In this document: piece by piece, positions 36,514 to 46,763 of the stretch | Layout of the letters: each line of letters starts with the position of its first letter | How positions within the stretch are numbered: position 1 is the stretch's first letter | IMG/VR virus record: IMGVR_UViG_3300025141_015556 | Strand: one strand, 5' to 3' | Source: a virus | DNA length: 64,000 nt | The notes under the pieces: generated by a model | What the model was told of the DNA's origin: nothing | What the model saw: the letters and a program-made list of their open reading frames with translations, nothing else | Database searches by the model: none | Made by a program: the position numbers and the translations under genes

Positions 36514-38488
36514 CTGTATTGCTCTCCATTATTGTATTTTTTGCCTCTAACTCGTCAATCAACTTTCTGACAGCAGCAGAATTTTCTAAAAACTGTTGCT
36601 CGCCTTCGTCCCTATAACTAGGTTGCAAGTTTTCATAAAGAGAGTTTATGTTTAAAAGGTCACTCCCTTTAAATATGTCTCTACGCGCACTTGCTTTAAC
36701 TGGACGTAGGTGGCTTTGTGATGTTCTCTTCGTAGGCCCAGACTTGTTTGTTTTTCTTTTATCTTTTATTTTCTTTACCGGATGGTACTCGCTCTTTGAG
36801 TATTTGTGGGGCGTGTCTTCTCTCCTTGCCGGCGCCGCCAGAAGGGAGCTCTCTTCTCCCTCGCCTTCTGGTTCTGTGCCCGGCGCTTCGGCGCCTAGAG
36901 CACCCGCTTCAGTGCCTGGAATTTCGGCGCCGAGTTCGTCGAGTTCCGGCTCCAAACCTAAATCTCCTCCAGGGGCCCCGAGACCCCCCATACCCATGCC
37001 GGCCTCTTCGGCTGCCATTTCTGCGACGGCCTCAAGAGAAGCTTGATATTTACGATCATAATAAGCCTCACGCTGATTGCGTAAAAATTCTTCATCCGAT
37101 TGCGCAAAAACGTTCTTAGAAATCCATCTCTTACTAAACATTCCTTCTGTTACGCTGTTAGCAATTTCAAACTTTGTACGCATGTGCTCTAATTGTTGCA
37201 TTTCAGCTAATTTGGAGGGGTTATTTAAAACGAGTTTAAATGAAATTAAATCTTGCCCTCGATAGCCAAGCGTAAAAAGATGGACAACGGCAATTTTTTC
37301 TAATTCCGAGACTAGCGTACGTTGCAGTCGTTGTATTGTTCTGGAGAACCGGATATCTTTTTGTGCTAATGTTGTCTTATCTTCTTCAGCGCCTTCCCCC
37401 GAAGACAAATATGATTGAGGAATCTTAATTGCTGAAAAGAGTTTATCTCTAACATATTTAACGTCTTCAATATCGTTGAGACTTGCGGCGCCCGGAAGCG
37501 TTGTTATATCTGATCCTACACCGCCCCTCATAGGAATAAAATAATCTTCTTCAACTGAAAGGGGGTTATATCGTAAATCCACTTTCCCAGTCGTTGCGTT
37601 TACAAGAGCATTTCTTTTTAAGGAAGTCTTTACCTTTTCCATATATTGCTCAACATCGTGAGGTGGTATATTGCCAACATCGATCTTAAAGACACGTCGT
37701 TCTGGCGCGCGAACAACCCTGTAGGCCAACATTGCATCTTCAATTAAAACTAATTGTCTCCAGATTCTACGGGCCGGCTCCAAAATTGAAGTACCGTACG
37801 GTGCATTCTTATCATTGCCAAGAATTCTAAAATGCCCAACTTGCCAATTTTCGAATGTCATCTGTGCACTATTCCACTGATACTGAACATAATTTGGATT
37901 TGTTGAATCTTGTCCTTCTAGCCTCTCTACTTCGTTTGGTGGCAAGCCAATAACATTTTTGACGCCGATTGCTTCATCGATGTCTAAATACAAAAAGAAA
38001 TCGCCATATTTGCACATCGTGCGGGCCCAGCCAAATGCATTAAATTCAATATTTAAAGCATCATAAAAAAGACTATGTAAAATTGTTTTAATTTCATCAT
38101 TTCGGCACTCTATTTCCATAAGCTGATTATATTCATTAGAGGTTGTCATTTCATCGGCGTAGATATCCAACGCAGAGGCAATCTCGGGCATATATTCCAT
38201 CTGATCAAAATCAATATACCTTTCATTGCGGTTTTGATTCCGCATTGCCATAGAGGTTAATAGGTTGTAGTTTCTAGATAAATTATCCTGAGCTGCCTTA
38301 AATTGTTGGCCACTAAGGCTCTTAAATCGGTGTTTATATTTATCAAGTGCAACACGGCGGTCTTGTCGCGTAAATTGAGCGCGATAGTTTATTAACGGAC
38401 CAGAAAATAGTCGGGTTAATCTTTTAAAAAGAGGAGAGCCCGGGTTTCTTGGATTGTTGGTGTGTTTAATGTTGTTGTCGGATGCCAT
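36494..38488 (-). CDS. gp20: Portal protein (gp20-like)
   Basis: PEIASALDIYADE, PYGTSILE, EDAMLAYRVVRAPERRVFKIDVGN, EDYFIP, ITTLPG, DIRFSR. Confidence 0.95.
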   Translation of the reverse strand: MASDNNIKHTNNPRNPGSPLFKRLTRLFSGPLINYRAQFTRQDRRVALDKYKHRFKSLSGQQFKAAQDNLSRNYNLLTSMAMRNQNRNERYIDFDQMEYMPEIASALDIYADEMTTSNEYNQLMEIECRNDEIKTILHSLFYDALNIEFNAFGWARTMCKYGDFFLYLDIDEAIGVKNVIGLPPNEVERLEGQDSTNPNYVQYQWNSAQMTFENWQVGHFRILGNDKNAPYGTSILEPARRIWRQLVLIEDAMLAYRVVRAPERRVFKIDVGNIPPHDVEQYMEKVKTSLKRNALVNATTGKVDLRYNPLSVEEDYFIPMRGGVGSDITTLPGAASLNDIEDVKYVRDKLFSAIKIPQSYLSSGEGAEEDKTTLAQKDIRFSRTIQRLQRTLVSELEKIAVVHLFTLGYRGQDLISFKLVLNNPSKLAEMQQLEHMRTKFEIANSVTEGMFSKRWISKNVFAQSDEEFLRNQREAYYDRKYQASLEAVAEMAAEEAGMGMGGLGAPGGDLGLEPELDELGAEIPGTEAGALGAEAPGTEPEGEGEESSLLAAPARREDTPHKYSKSEYHPVKKIKDKRKTNKSGPTKRTSQSHLRPVKASARRDIFKGSDLLNINSLYENLQPSYRDEGEQQFLENSAAVRKLIDELEAKNTIMESNTGEEKAQ

Positions 38489-38491
38489 TTA

Positions 38492-40078
38492 TTAACCCTT
38501 TATAATAGTCATATATTGATCATTGAATTCCTGCGCATTTGCTGATTGTTCAACAAGTTTGGTTGCTTTGTGTCCGAGTTGGCCCGGAATAGTAGTAGAG
38601 AACTTAGTCTCTTTGGAAGAGATAGAAGAGATAAATTGTTTACTATATTCAACTCCTCGCTGGTTTTCCACCAAAACTGTATCCCTCACCCAACAACCAA
38701 TTGCTAAAGACATTATCAAATCATCATTATAACCCCTCATAGCCTGCGGTCGCCCATTATGCCAAATAAATGTTTTCATTTCTGAAATCAAGCGGTTAGA
38801 GTACAACTTAATTAGTTTGTTTCTCATAAACTCTTCCATTTTGGCAATAATGAGGGGTCTTGTTTTTGTCGAGGTGGTAAATCCCGGTATCGCATTCGTT
38901 TGCCATTGTGCTGTGATGGGATCAACGTAATCATGGGAACCTTTTGCAGAGTGATAAATATTATTATAGCCTTTATCTAATAGTTTTTTAAGAACAGCAA
39001 AGCCTATGTTATTGTTTTCAGCGACAATCATACAGTCGCCATATTCCTTGCCAACATTATAGAGCATATCAGCATAATCATCAGGAGTGGGTTTCCCTAT
39101 ATATTCTGCCGCAATAGACAAATCGGTTAAATCAAAAACGTGAAATGCAGAATTATCAGCCCCATCGCCACGAGCTATGTCAGCTGCGATCATATATGAT
39201 TTTTCAGGATTATATTCTTCCCAAATCCAATAGTTCCTATCAAAACCGGTGCGGTATTTTGGTTCACAAGCTTTTTCTATATACCACATCAAATCATCCG
39301 AATGAACAACTGTTTCGCCTGAAACATTAAAATTGCATTCAAGCTCTTGTGCAATTTGTCGTCGCGACATATTTTTGGTTTCTTTTTCAAACCATAGGCG
39401 GTCTCGATCTGGATGTACGTCCCACATCAAAGTGGTCATAAAAAAGTTGTTGGTACCACTTTCTGCCTCTACGCATGTTTTATGAAACCAATTGCCTACC
39501 CCATTGGGAGTAGACAGAGCGATACAACGACCTCCAGTTGATAAAGTGGGGTATAATGCTGTCCACAGCTCCTCTAATTTCTCAACATGGGCAGCCTCAT
39601 CGATAACCAACAAAGACAGAGCCTCTGAGCGGCCGACATCCCCCGATGTTGAGGCGGCTTTAATTTGTGATCCGTTATATAATTCAAAAGAGGTTCTATT
39701 ATCAATTGAAATCTCGGAGATGCGCATCCACTTTGGGAGGCTTTTCATAATTTTTTTAACTTTTCGTACAAGATTGGTGGATGTTTGTAATTTAGTGGCC
39801 ACGACAAGAATATTTTTATCGCGATGAAACAACATCAACCATACAACATATGCCGCCGTAATGGTCGATATTCCAAGCTGTCTTGCTTTCAATACAACAT
39901 TAAAACGATAATCATTAAAATCTTTTAAAAGATCTTTTTGGTATTCATAGGCATTAAAAGGAATAATGCCCCTTTGGGGGTGAGAAATCTTACAGTAATT
40001 TGTAGTAAAATAAGCCGGATCTTTACCGGCTTTAACGACTTCTTTAACTATTTCCTGTTTAGAGAGACTGTACCCCAT
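38492..40078 (-). CDS. terL: Terminase large subunit (gp17-like)
   Basis: LKARQLGIST, LLVIDEAAH, LSTPNG, QELECNF, ADIARGDGADNS, AENNNIG, NDDLIMSLAI. Confidence 0.95.
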   Translation of the reverse strand: MGYSLSKQEIVKEVVKAGKDPAYFTTNYCKISHPQRGIIPFNAYEYQKDLLKDFNDYRFNVVLKARQLGISTITAAYVVWLMLFHRDKNILVVATKLQTSTNLVRKVKKIMKSLPKWMRISEISIDNRTSFELYNGSQIKAASTSGDVGRSEALSLLVIDEAAHVEKLEELWTALYPTLSTGGRCIALSTPNGVGNWFHKTCVEAESGTNNFFMTTLMWDVHPDRDRLWFEKETKNMSRRQIAQELECNFNVSGETVVHSDDLMWYIEKACEPKYRTGFDRNYWIWEEYNPEKSYMIAADIARGDGADNSAFHVFDLTDLSIAAEYIGKPTPDDYADMLYNVGKEYGDCMIVAENNNIGFAVLKKLLDKGYNNIYHSAKGSHDYVDPITAQWQTNAIPGFTTSTKTRPLIIAKMEEFMRNKLIKLYSNRLISEMKTFIWHNGRPQAMRGYNDDLIMSLAIGCWVRDTVLVENQRGVEYSKQFISSISSKETKFSTTIPGQLGHKATKLVEQSANAQEFNDQYMTIIKG

Positions 40079-40086
40079 GCCACAAG

Positions 40087-40629
40087 TTATTTACCTCGTG
40101 TATCGTTTGAAGGGCGCTTTTTGCCCGGGCCGAGAGCTAAAAACTTTTTGTAAGTGTCTTGCAGTTTATCTTCAGAAGGGCCCTTAACTTCATCAACATC
40201 TCCAATGCCGCCAATTTTATAATCACACGTGGCACACACGTCTGTTCTATAGTTTGAAAGCTTTTGTACAATAATTGATGGAGATCCTACCTTGGTCAAT
40301 GTTAAGCCGTTCCCAGTAACTGCTTTATATTCTTTTTTAAGGAAGGAGGCAACTTTACCTATCATTCCGGTGATTTCATTTTCAAAACCATTCTGTGCCA
40401 CCTCTTTAAGGCGAACCTCTGATTGGTAGAGGATCGTTAAATGAGGACCGCGGAAACGAACCTTAAATCCGTCGGATATGCGCTTATCATTAATAAGGTG
40501 TCCCTCTTCACGTTTTAGGCCCACTTTACGAGCCCTTCCGTCCGCATTCAAAGACTTTTCATGAGAGCCATCGTAAGCATTTGCAGCTGCTTGTGATATC
40601 CCCTGAATTATTTCTAATGTTGTGGCCAT
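40087..40629 (-). CDS. Hypothetical protein upstream of terminase
   Basis: 180-aa ORF in a tightly packed operon. Confidence 0.7.
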   Translation of the reverse strand: MATTLEIIQGISQAAANAYDGSHEKSLNADGRARKVGLKREEGHLINDKRISDGFKVRFRGPHLTILYQSEVRLKEVAQNGFENEITGMIGKVASFLKKEYKAVTGNGLTLTKVGSPSIIVQKLSNYRTDVCATCDYKIGGIGDVDEVKGPSEDKLQDTYKKFLALGPGKKRPSNDTRGK

Positions 40630-41022
40630 CTATATATCCTCTTTCTCGGGGCGCCAACTGCTGCTCCATCTTTCTTCTCTTCCTTCAATCCATTTTATAT
40701 AACATGAAAAACATGTTTCAAATTTGTTTATATACAAATCGTCTTGGAAGCTAAAAGAATATTTCTTGCAAACAGAACACGTCCTTTTTATATTTTCTCT
40801 ACTAAGTAGTTTTTTGTTTATTAAAAATCCGCCATGATCAACTTTCTCGGTTTGATTAACTATCTTTTCAAGCTTTTGATTTAATTCATGTGACTCTTGG
40901 ATGTATTTTTTTTCTTTTTCCTCGTCCCAAAGCTGCCTGGGGTTGTCTACCGCTTCTTTGCCATATTTTTGGGCGATAGCTTTTTCTAACTTGGGGATAT
41001 AGTTGGGGTCTTTGTCGGTCAT
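40630..41022 (-). CDS. Hypothetical zinc-finger protein
   Basis: CSVC...CFSC; WIEGREERW. Confidence 0.7.
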   Translation of the reverse strand: MTDKDPNYIPKLEKAIAQKYGKEAVDNPRQLWDEEKEKKYIQESHELNQKLEKIVNQTEKVDHGGFLINKKLLSRENIKRTCSVCKKYSFSFQDDLYINKFETCFSCYIKWIEGREERWSSSWRPEKEDI

Positions 41023-41025
41023 GTT

Positions 41026-41571
41026 TTAAGGATAGGCGCCGATAGTAGCCGGGAGGGCGGTGGCCTTCATTATAAGATCACTGGTGACCCCTCCCCAATA
41101 CACGTTAACCGTTTGGCCAGCACCGCCGGCCGCAAAACCTAAATAAAAAGTGTACTCCTCGTCGGGCGTGAGACCCGTGAGCGTCCAGTATATGGTTAGA
41201 AGGGAGTAGTCGTTGAGTGTAGTGGTAAATAAAACAACAATCTGAGTATCCGATAAGGCTCCAATAGGCGTATAAGTGGCCCAAGTAGAGCCGTCATCTG
41301 ACAATGCGAACTGGGCCGAGTCGTTCGAGCCGGGGAGGCAGGTGAGGGTTGCAGCTATCTCCACGTTTCCCGAGGGAGATGCTCTAAAAGTTACCGAGTG
41401 TTTGTTTGACTTTCCGTCTTCAACATAGGCTACCGTCGCCGTTGTGGTGGTGTCGGTGATAAGGGTAGCAGCGCCATAGCGACTATATCCTACAATTGCG
41501 CCGGCGCCGTTGAAATATTTTCGAAGAAAACTCAGTAAGCGATTTCTAGATTTTAGCTCGGGGAAACTCAC
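41026..41571 (-). CDS. Beta-rich fibre/lectin-like domain protein inserted after the lysis cassette
   Basis: Thr-rich beta pattern, LTGLTP..EYTFYLG; visibly higher GC than flanks; GTGA overlap. Confidence 0.55.
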   Translation of the reverse strand: MSFPELKSRNRLLSFLRKYFNGAGAIVGYSRYGAATLITDTTTTATVAYVEDGKSNKHSVTFRASPSGNVEIAATLTCLPGSNDSAQFALSDDGSTWATYTPIGALSDTQIVVLFTTTLNDYSLLTIYWTLTGLTPDEEYTFYLGFAAGGAGQTVNVYWGGVTSDLIMKATALPATIGAYP

Positions 41572-42032
41572 TTCACTATTTCCGTCGATAGGGCAAAAAT
41601 TCCCAAAGACGTCAAGGTCCCAATTCCAAATCCCAGAGCAACCATAAAAGGCTCCGAGCCGGGCTTTTGCTTAAGTACAAGTTCTTGCAACCTTTCGTTT
41701 TCAGCAACTTTAAGAATCATCATGGATTCATACTTGTCTTTCCAAGAATGAATTTCAACATCTTTGAAGTCCAACTGTAATTGAAATCGTTCTTGTTGTA
41801 AATTAAGTTCATAGTCAATGCGCAAATCACATTCCGCATCCTCAAATTTCTTCTCCACTGCGATCTTAGCTGCGGCGTCTAAAGATAACAATACACCATC
41901 AAATGGCGCAGGCTCTCCCGCCTTTAATGAAGCTATGTCATACTCTGCTTTTTCTTCTTCGTCGTCGGCTACGGCAACCGTTGGAAAAATTAAAAACGAA
42001 ACCAAACAAAGCGATAATATCTTTTTAACCAT
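41568..42032 (-). CDS. Exported coiled-coil protein with C-terminal membrane anchor (spanin-like)
   Basis: Signal peptide ending AVA-D, heptad region, C-terminal FMVALGFGIGTLTSLGIFAL. Confidence 0.5.
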   Translation of the reverse strand: MVKKILSLCLVSFLIFPTVAVADDEEEKAEYDIASLKAGEPAPFDGVLLSLDAAAKIAVEKKFEDAECDLRIDYELNLQQERFQLQLDFKDVEIHSWKDKYESMMILKVAENERLQELVLKQKPGSEPFMVALGFGIGTLTSLGIFALSTEIVK

Positions 42033-42444
42033 ACCTCAATCCAAACGCTTCCGCTATTTCTCTCGACAGCTTCTCAGGATCATTATAATCCTCGTCCACT
42101 AGTTTTTTAAGCTCAGCTCTTTTCTTTTTGTCCAGCGTCTCATTTCTAGTTTTGAATTCCTTTTCTAGCTCCAGCATTCTTTTTTGATGTTCGGCCAATC
42201 TTTTATTCTTTTCTTCAACCTCTGTGCTATGAATGCGATCCAACGTTTCCATTTCATCATTGTGGGACGCGTCTTTAGACTCCATCAAGTCTAAAAGGGC
42301 AGCCAAATATGCTCCGTTGCGAGTAAGTGCTCCGATGAGAGCTACCGTTAAGAATCCCAATCCTAAAACAATTGCCCACCAGTACTTCTTAGCTTTAAGC
42401 CAAGCCTTTTTTAAAAAAGTTTTAACAGCCAGCCACTTCATCAC
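42025..42444 (-). CDS. i-spanin-like protein (N-terminal TM plus coiled coil)
   Basis: WWAIVLGLGFLTVALIGAL then a charged coiled coil; follows the holin-like gene. Confidence 0.55.
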   Translation of the reverse strand: MMKWLAVKTFLKKAWLKAKKYWWAIVLGLGFLTVALIGALTRNGAYLAALLDLMESKDASHNDEMETLDRIHSTEVEEKNKRLAEHQKRMLELEKEFKTRNETLDKKKRAELKKLVDEDYNDPEKLSREIAEAFGLRYG

Positions 42445-42626
42445 TCAACCCCTTTTAATCTTGCTACCATGTCAACAACGCCCTGAGTTCCGATATAAAC
42501 CACAGTGATCATAGTCCAGTCCGCTGATGCCAGATCGGCAAACCCCAATAGGAAACAGGCGGTTATCCAAGCCAGGAGCTTGCGAGATACAAATTTCTCA
42601 AAACCCTTGTCTAATAAATGTTTCAT
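42441..42626 (-). CDS. Holin-like two-TM protein
   Basis: 61 aa, SRKLLAW, two hydrophobic segments, AGGAG RBS, late-type motif upstream. Confidence 0.55.
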   Translation of the reverse strand: MKHLLDKGFEKFVSRKLLAWITACFLLGFADLASADWTMITVVYIGTQGVVDMVARLKGVE

Positions 42627-42647
42627 AATCTTAGACTCCTCTCGTTA

Positions 42648-42655
42648 TAATTAGT
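42648..42655 (-). promoter_or_regulatory. Putative late promoter element ACTAATTA (lysis/packaging operon)
   Basis: Intergenic copy of the recurring motif. Confidence 0.65.
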
Positions 42656-42671
42656 CTAAAGAATTAATTTA

Positions 42672-45600
42672 TTACACCTGGACGTTTGCATAGTTCCCTC
42701 GTTTCTCGATTATAATTTGGGTATCAACACAATCTTTCAAACTCTCAAGATGAGAAATTAAAACAACTGTCTTGAAATACGATTTAATTATTTCAAGTAT
42801 CCGGATAAATCCTTCCATATTTTCTGCATCGAGAGCCGTCCCGGGCTCATCAAGAATAAATATGTCTCCCTTTGGCAAGCTAGAAACCGACAATAGCGCT
42901 AGACGAATAGCCATTGCGGCGATTGTTTTTTCTGCGCCAGATCCCAACTCTAGGGGCCGAGGTTCATGTTTGGGGTGCTTAATGAATATATTCAATCGCT
43001 TTCCATCGTCCTCAAAAAACACCTCAAATGAAACAATATTTGCCAATACCTTTGCCACCTCTTCATTAATAACAGGAAGCTGTTTCTTAATAATGTCATA
43101 GGCAATCCCATTAGAGTGCATACAACGAAGATACAAATCATAAGCTGCATATTCTTGCTGAATATTTTGATGGTCTCGTTTTTGAGTTTTAATATTTTCT
43201 AGTTTTTGTTCCATCGATCCGTTAGCTTTGTAAAGCTCTAAGATTTCATTATTACACCGTTCCCACTGTTTTTGCATTGAGTCTGTTTCTTTTTGAGCAG
43301 CTGTCTTTCGTTTTACTAAGTGCTCAAAATTTTCGATGGATTCTTCGTTTTCTTCATATATGACAATATCGCTTTCCAGAGTATATAATTCATTTTGCAA
43401 TGATAATATGGACGTCTTAGACCTTTCATGTTGCAGTTGCGTATCTTTTAACAGAGACACCATATTAGAGTATTCATTCATCGCGTCGTTGTACTTTGCT
43501 ATATGGAGCGTAGTTCTTTTTGGATCAAGTGTTATAATATATTCTTTTGTGCTCTTCGCAATTTCTAATTTGGATAATACTTTTGTTCGAAGAGGGGTTA
43601 CTTCGTCTTTAACTGCATGTGCATCTTTGATAAACTTACATTTGGGAAACTTATCCCCACACGGAACCTCATCCAAGAGCCGTAGTTTTTTACTTTTACT
43701 ATTATAATCTTTTTGCAGAAGTTTCGCCGCAGTGGTCAAATCAGAAAGCTCTCTGCTTTTTATATCGATTTCGTTCTGTTTTTCGTTAAGCTCATCAATA
43801 TCAAATTTTTCAATTACAGAAGAAAGGCGCTTCACGTTTTTATTAATTTCTTTTATTTTCTTAGCGTGCGCTACATTATTGTTCTTTTCAGTCTCGATCT
43901 TTTCTAATAATTGTTCTTTCTTTTGACGTATGCCCAAAATATCAATAATTTCACTTGGAATCGATTCTATCGACTCATTAATCTCGACCAATTGGGCCTC
44001 TTTGGCGGCCAGTTCTTCTTTTATCTCTTCGCACAATATCTTCTGGTCTCCTAAAGAAGCTCGATTAAGGCCGATATCTCTCTTTGCGTCGACTATTTCT
44101 TCATCAAAATTTCGATCTCCGACGCGTCGTATAAGGGCCTTAAGATCTGAGCTATCTTCCTTTGCATACTTAAATTTCCTTTCGAACACCTCTAGATCTA
44201 AAAACTTAGCCAGAATCTCTTTACGACGAGTAGAGCCTTCTTTAATAAACTGCAGCGAATCTAGCTGCGAAGCCATCGATGTTAGCAAAAAGTCCTCAAC
44301 GGTGCCAAACTTTTTTCTAATGTTGGCGTCGGTTTGTAATCTGCTCGTGCCATTAAAACTTGTAGTTTCATCTATAACAGGGTCATATACACTAAATTCT
44401 AAATCTGTTTTCGCCTCTAGGGTTTCTTCTCCCTTAAGGCGCTTTGTGTACTTCTGAGATGTCCTTTCAATAGAATAAACTTTAGAACCAATACGCAATT
44501 CAGCGGCGCCTCTGCATTCTTCTTTGTTCTGATTTATTATATTAAGATTTTTTCGTTCGTTCTTGGATGTGGTATTAAATATTGTATACAGCAGCCCATC
44601 AATAATGCTAGACTTTCCAGAATAGTTTTTACCAAAAATGCCAACAATGCCATTAACATTTTCAAAATTAATTTTATTATTAGAGCCGTAATTAAACAAA
44701 TTATCCCACTCAAATGATTTAAGCTTCCAATTAATATTCCTAGCTACGTCTTCGCTATCTTCGGCCGCTTTATTATACTTTTGATTTAAATCAAAAACCC
44801 TCTGTAGCATATCTTCAGAGGCCTCAAAACCTTCCAAATATTCTTTTATAAGTCTTTCTTGTACTGAAATGTCACGCAAATTTTCTTTCAGAAATTTGTT
44901 GCCATTTAAATCAACACTGCCGCGCTCGCCTGCAGCGCGATTCAAAAATGTAATTGATTCAGGGTGAAATCTATGGCGCGCGATATCGACGGCGCGCTTC
45001 ATAACATTTAAAGGAAGATTATTATTACTTACTAGTCGTAAACGCGCGTTTTTGGGCACTGCGGCGCCCTTGGGCATTCGCCCCTTTGTGGTCAATTCAA
45101 TGGTAATAAAGGGCTTCGGATTAGAAAGTAAAACATGTCGAACATTAAAAACGTCCTTGTTCTCAATTTCCCAAATTAAAAAACCTTTATCATTGGTCTC
45201 GCCGTGATTCTGCTGCACGATTGAGCCGCTATAGCGAACGCGGCCGGCCGGGTCCAAAATTTGATTAGTCTTGTGAATATCCCCCAACATAGCATAATCA
45301 AAACCTTCAAAAATAGAGACATCGTGATCTCCATGATCCATTACCCAGCCAACATCCGTTTGCACTCCCACGACCGATCCATGATAAAACGCAATATTTA
45401 TTTTATCTAAATCGGTTGGCTTTACCCAATTATCTTCATCGAAGACGCTCAATACATTAAAGCAGAGATCGGCATTAACGTGAACCTCTCCGGCATCCTT
45501 TAATAGGTGCAAATTATTGTGATTTAATGCTTCAACAATAGGAGTAATGGCATCTTGCCTCGATGAATTACGTAAATTTCCATCATGGTTGCCCAAAATA

Positions 45601-45827
45601 ACATAGGTTGGAGCTATCTCCGCCAAACTATTAAGGAAATTAGAACACATATCTACAAATTCTGGCGATATTTGTGTCTTTGTATGGGCGATATCTCCGC
45701 CAATATAGATGTAATCGACTTTTTCAGAACGCAAAGCCTCATACATCTGTTCGAAGACCTTCTTATATTCCCAGTGATATTTTAAATTTTTAATGTGCAC
45801 ATCGGCACAATGCGCGATTTTATACAT
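42672..45827 (-). CDS. Mre11-Rad50 (SbcD-SbcC, T4 gp47-gp46) fusion recombination endonuclease
   Basis: N-terminal metallophosphoesterase ADVH, GGDIAH, GNHD, HG, LGDIH; Walker A GKNYSGKSS; coiled coils; GSGAE signature; Walker B FILDEP; ISH. Confidence 0.93.
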   Translation of the reverse strand: MYKIAHCADVHIKNLKYHWEYKKVFEQMYEALRSEKVDYIYIGGDIAHTKTQISPEFVDMCSNFLNSLAEIAPTYVILGNHDGNLRNSSRQDAITPIVEALNHNNLHLLKDAGEVHVNADLCFNVLSVFDEDNWVKPTDLDKINIAFYHGSVVGVQTDVGWVMDHGDHDVSIFEGFDYAMLGDIHKTNQILDPAGRVRYSGSIVQQNHGETNDKGFLIWEIENKDVFNVRHVLLSNPKPFITIELTTKGRMPKGAAVPKNARLRLVSNNNLPLNVMKRAVDIARHRFHPESITFLNRAAGERGSVDLNGNKFLKENLRDISVQERLIKEYLEGFEASEDMLQRVFDLNQKYNKAAEDSEDVARNINWKLKSFEWDNLFNYGSNNKINFENVNGIVGIFGKNYSGKSSIIDGLLYTIFNTTSKNERKNLNIINQNKEECRGAAELRIGSKVYSIERTSQKYTKRLKGEETLEAKTDLEFSVYDPVIDETTSFNGTSRLQTDANIRKKFGTVEDFLLTSMASQLDSLQFIKEGSTRRKEILAKFLDLEVFERKFKYAKEDSSDLKALIRRVGDRNFDEEIVDAKRDIGLNRASLGDQKILCEEIKEELAAKEAQLVEINESIESIPSEIIDILGIRQKKEQLLEKIETEKNNNVAHAKKIKEINKNVKRLSSVIEKFDIDELNEKQNEIDIKSRELSDLTTAAKLLQKDYNSKSKKLRLLDEVPCGDKFPKCKFIKDAHAVKDEVTPLRTKVLSKLEIAKSTKEYIITLDPKRTTLHIAKYNDAMNEYSNMVSLLKDTQLQHERSKTSILSLQNELYTLESDIVIYEENEESIENFEHLVKRKTAAQKETDSMQKQWERCNNEILELYKANGSMEQKLENIKTQKRDHQNIQQEYAAYDLYLRCMHSNGIAYDIIKKQLPVINEEVAKVLANIVSFEVFFEDDGKRLNIFIKHPKHEPRPLELGSGAEKTIAAMAIRLALLSVSSLPKGDIFILDEPGTALDAENMEGFIRILEIIKSYFKTVVLISHLESLKDCVDTQIIIEKRGNYANVQV

Positions 45828-45830
45828 ATT

Positions 45831-46763
45831 TTATCGAATTGTGTTGGTTTTGGATATCATATATTCATCGAAATCCATTCTTTTTGCTTTCTTTTTTCGA
45901 TCGATGAACCGTTCCGCTGTCATTTCACCCACGTCTGCATAGGGGCTTACTTCTATCATATAGAGTTCAACGTCGTATGTCAAGAGTTTTTTAATTATTT
46001 CTAATGATTTATTTTCTGCATCCGGATCGAGGGCGATATATACAGGCGTGTCATTCTTTACTATTTTCTGAAAAAGCTTTGACTCTTCTCTTAGGGTAGA
46101 GCCCAGCATCGGTACTGCATTGCGGCCGGCTTTTATTGCATCAAAAACGCCTTCAACCAAAATTACATCTGATGTCCAATCAATAAATAAATCATTAAAC
46201 ACAATGTCCCGGCCAACAGGGGGGTTTTTATATTTTGAATAATCTCCCGTATATGATCGAGCAATAAAATAATCAACATCGCCATCCTCATTAAATGAAG
46301 GTACAATAACCCTATTCTCATATTCTCCAGAAGAGCAGTACCCCATCTTCCACCAAATTATATCCTTTTTGGCTAGGCCTCTTTCTTTTAAATATTTTCG
46401 AGCTTGAAAGCCTGTTGGTGGGATTTCCTTATTTGCTAATGAAATAAACTCTTTTGGCAGTTCTGCCACCTGTTTGTCTTCTTTTGGGAAATCAAAAAGA
46501 GTTTCTAAAATAGAATAATCGACGCGGGCTTCTAATTGTTCCCATTGCTGTCGATGTTTATAGGTTCCAAATTTACGAACTATTCTTTGTATATTGATAC
46601 CACGCGAATCGCATATCCAGCATTTATAGGCATTTTTTTCAATATTAATTGAAAATTTCCTTTTGTGGTGGTCGCAATAGGGACAATAAAACAAATATTC
46701 GCTTCTTGATTTGCTATACGCACCAAGAATGTCTTTTAAGATTTTAAGCTTTTTTTCTTCCAT
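45831..46763 (-). CDS. DNA primase (gp61/DnaG-like)
   Basis: CPYCDHH...YKCWIC zinc finger, YLKERG, RVIVP, KYKNP, TOPRIM VEGVFDA, ALDPD. Confidence 0.9.
   Translation of the reverse strand: MEEKKLKILKDILGAYSKSRSEYLFYCPYCDHHKRKFSINIEKNAYKCWICDSRGINIQRIVRKFGTYKHRQQWEQLEARVDYSILETLFDFPKEDKQVAELPKEFISLANKEIPPTGFQARKYLKERGLAKKDIIWWKMGYCSSGEYENRVIVPSFNEDGDVDYFIARSYTGDYSKYKNPPVGRDIVFNDLFIDWTSDVILVEGVFDAIKAGRNAVPMLGSTLREESKLFQKIVKNDTPVYIALDPDAENKSLEIIKKLLTYDVELYMIEVSPYADVGEMTAERFIDRKKKAKRMDFDEYMISKTNTIR

Noticed and set aside
38492-46763. Inteins, introns or homing endonucleases in terminase, primase or the recombination nuclease
   Set aside because: Proteins are of normal length with contiguous motifs; no splicing or HNH/LAGLIDADG/GIY-YIG motifs recognised
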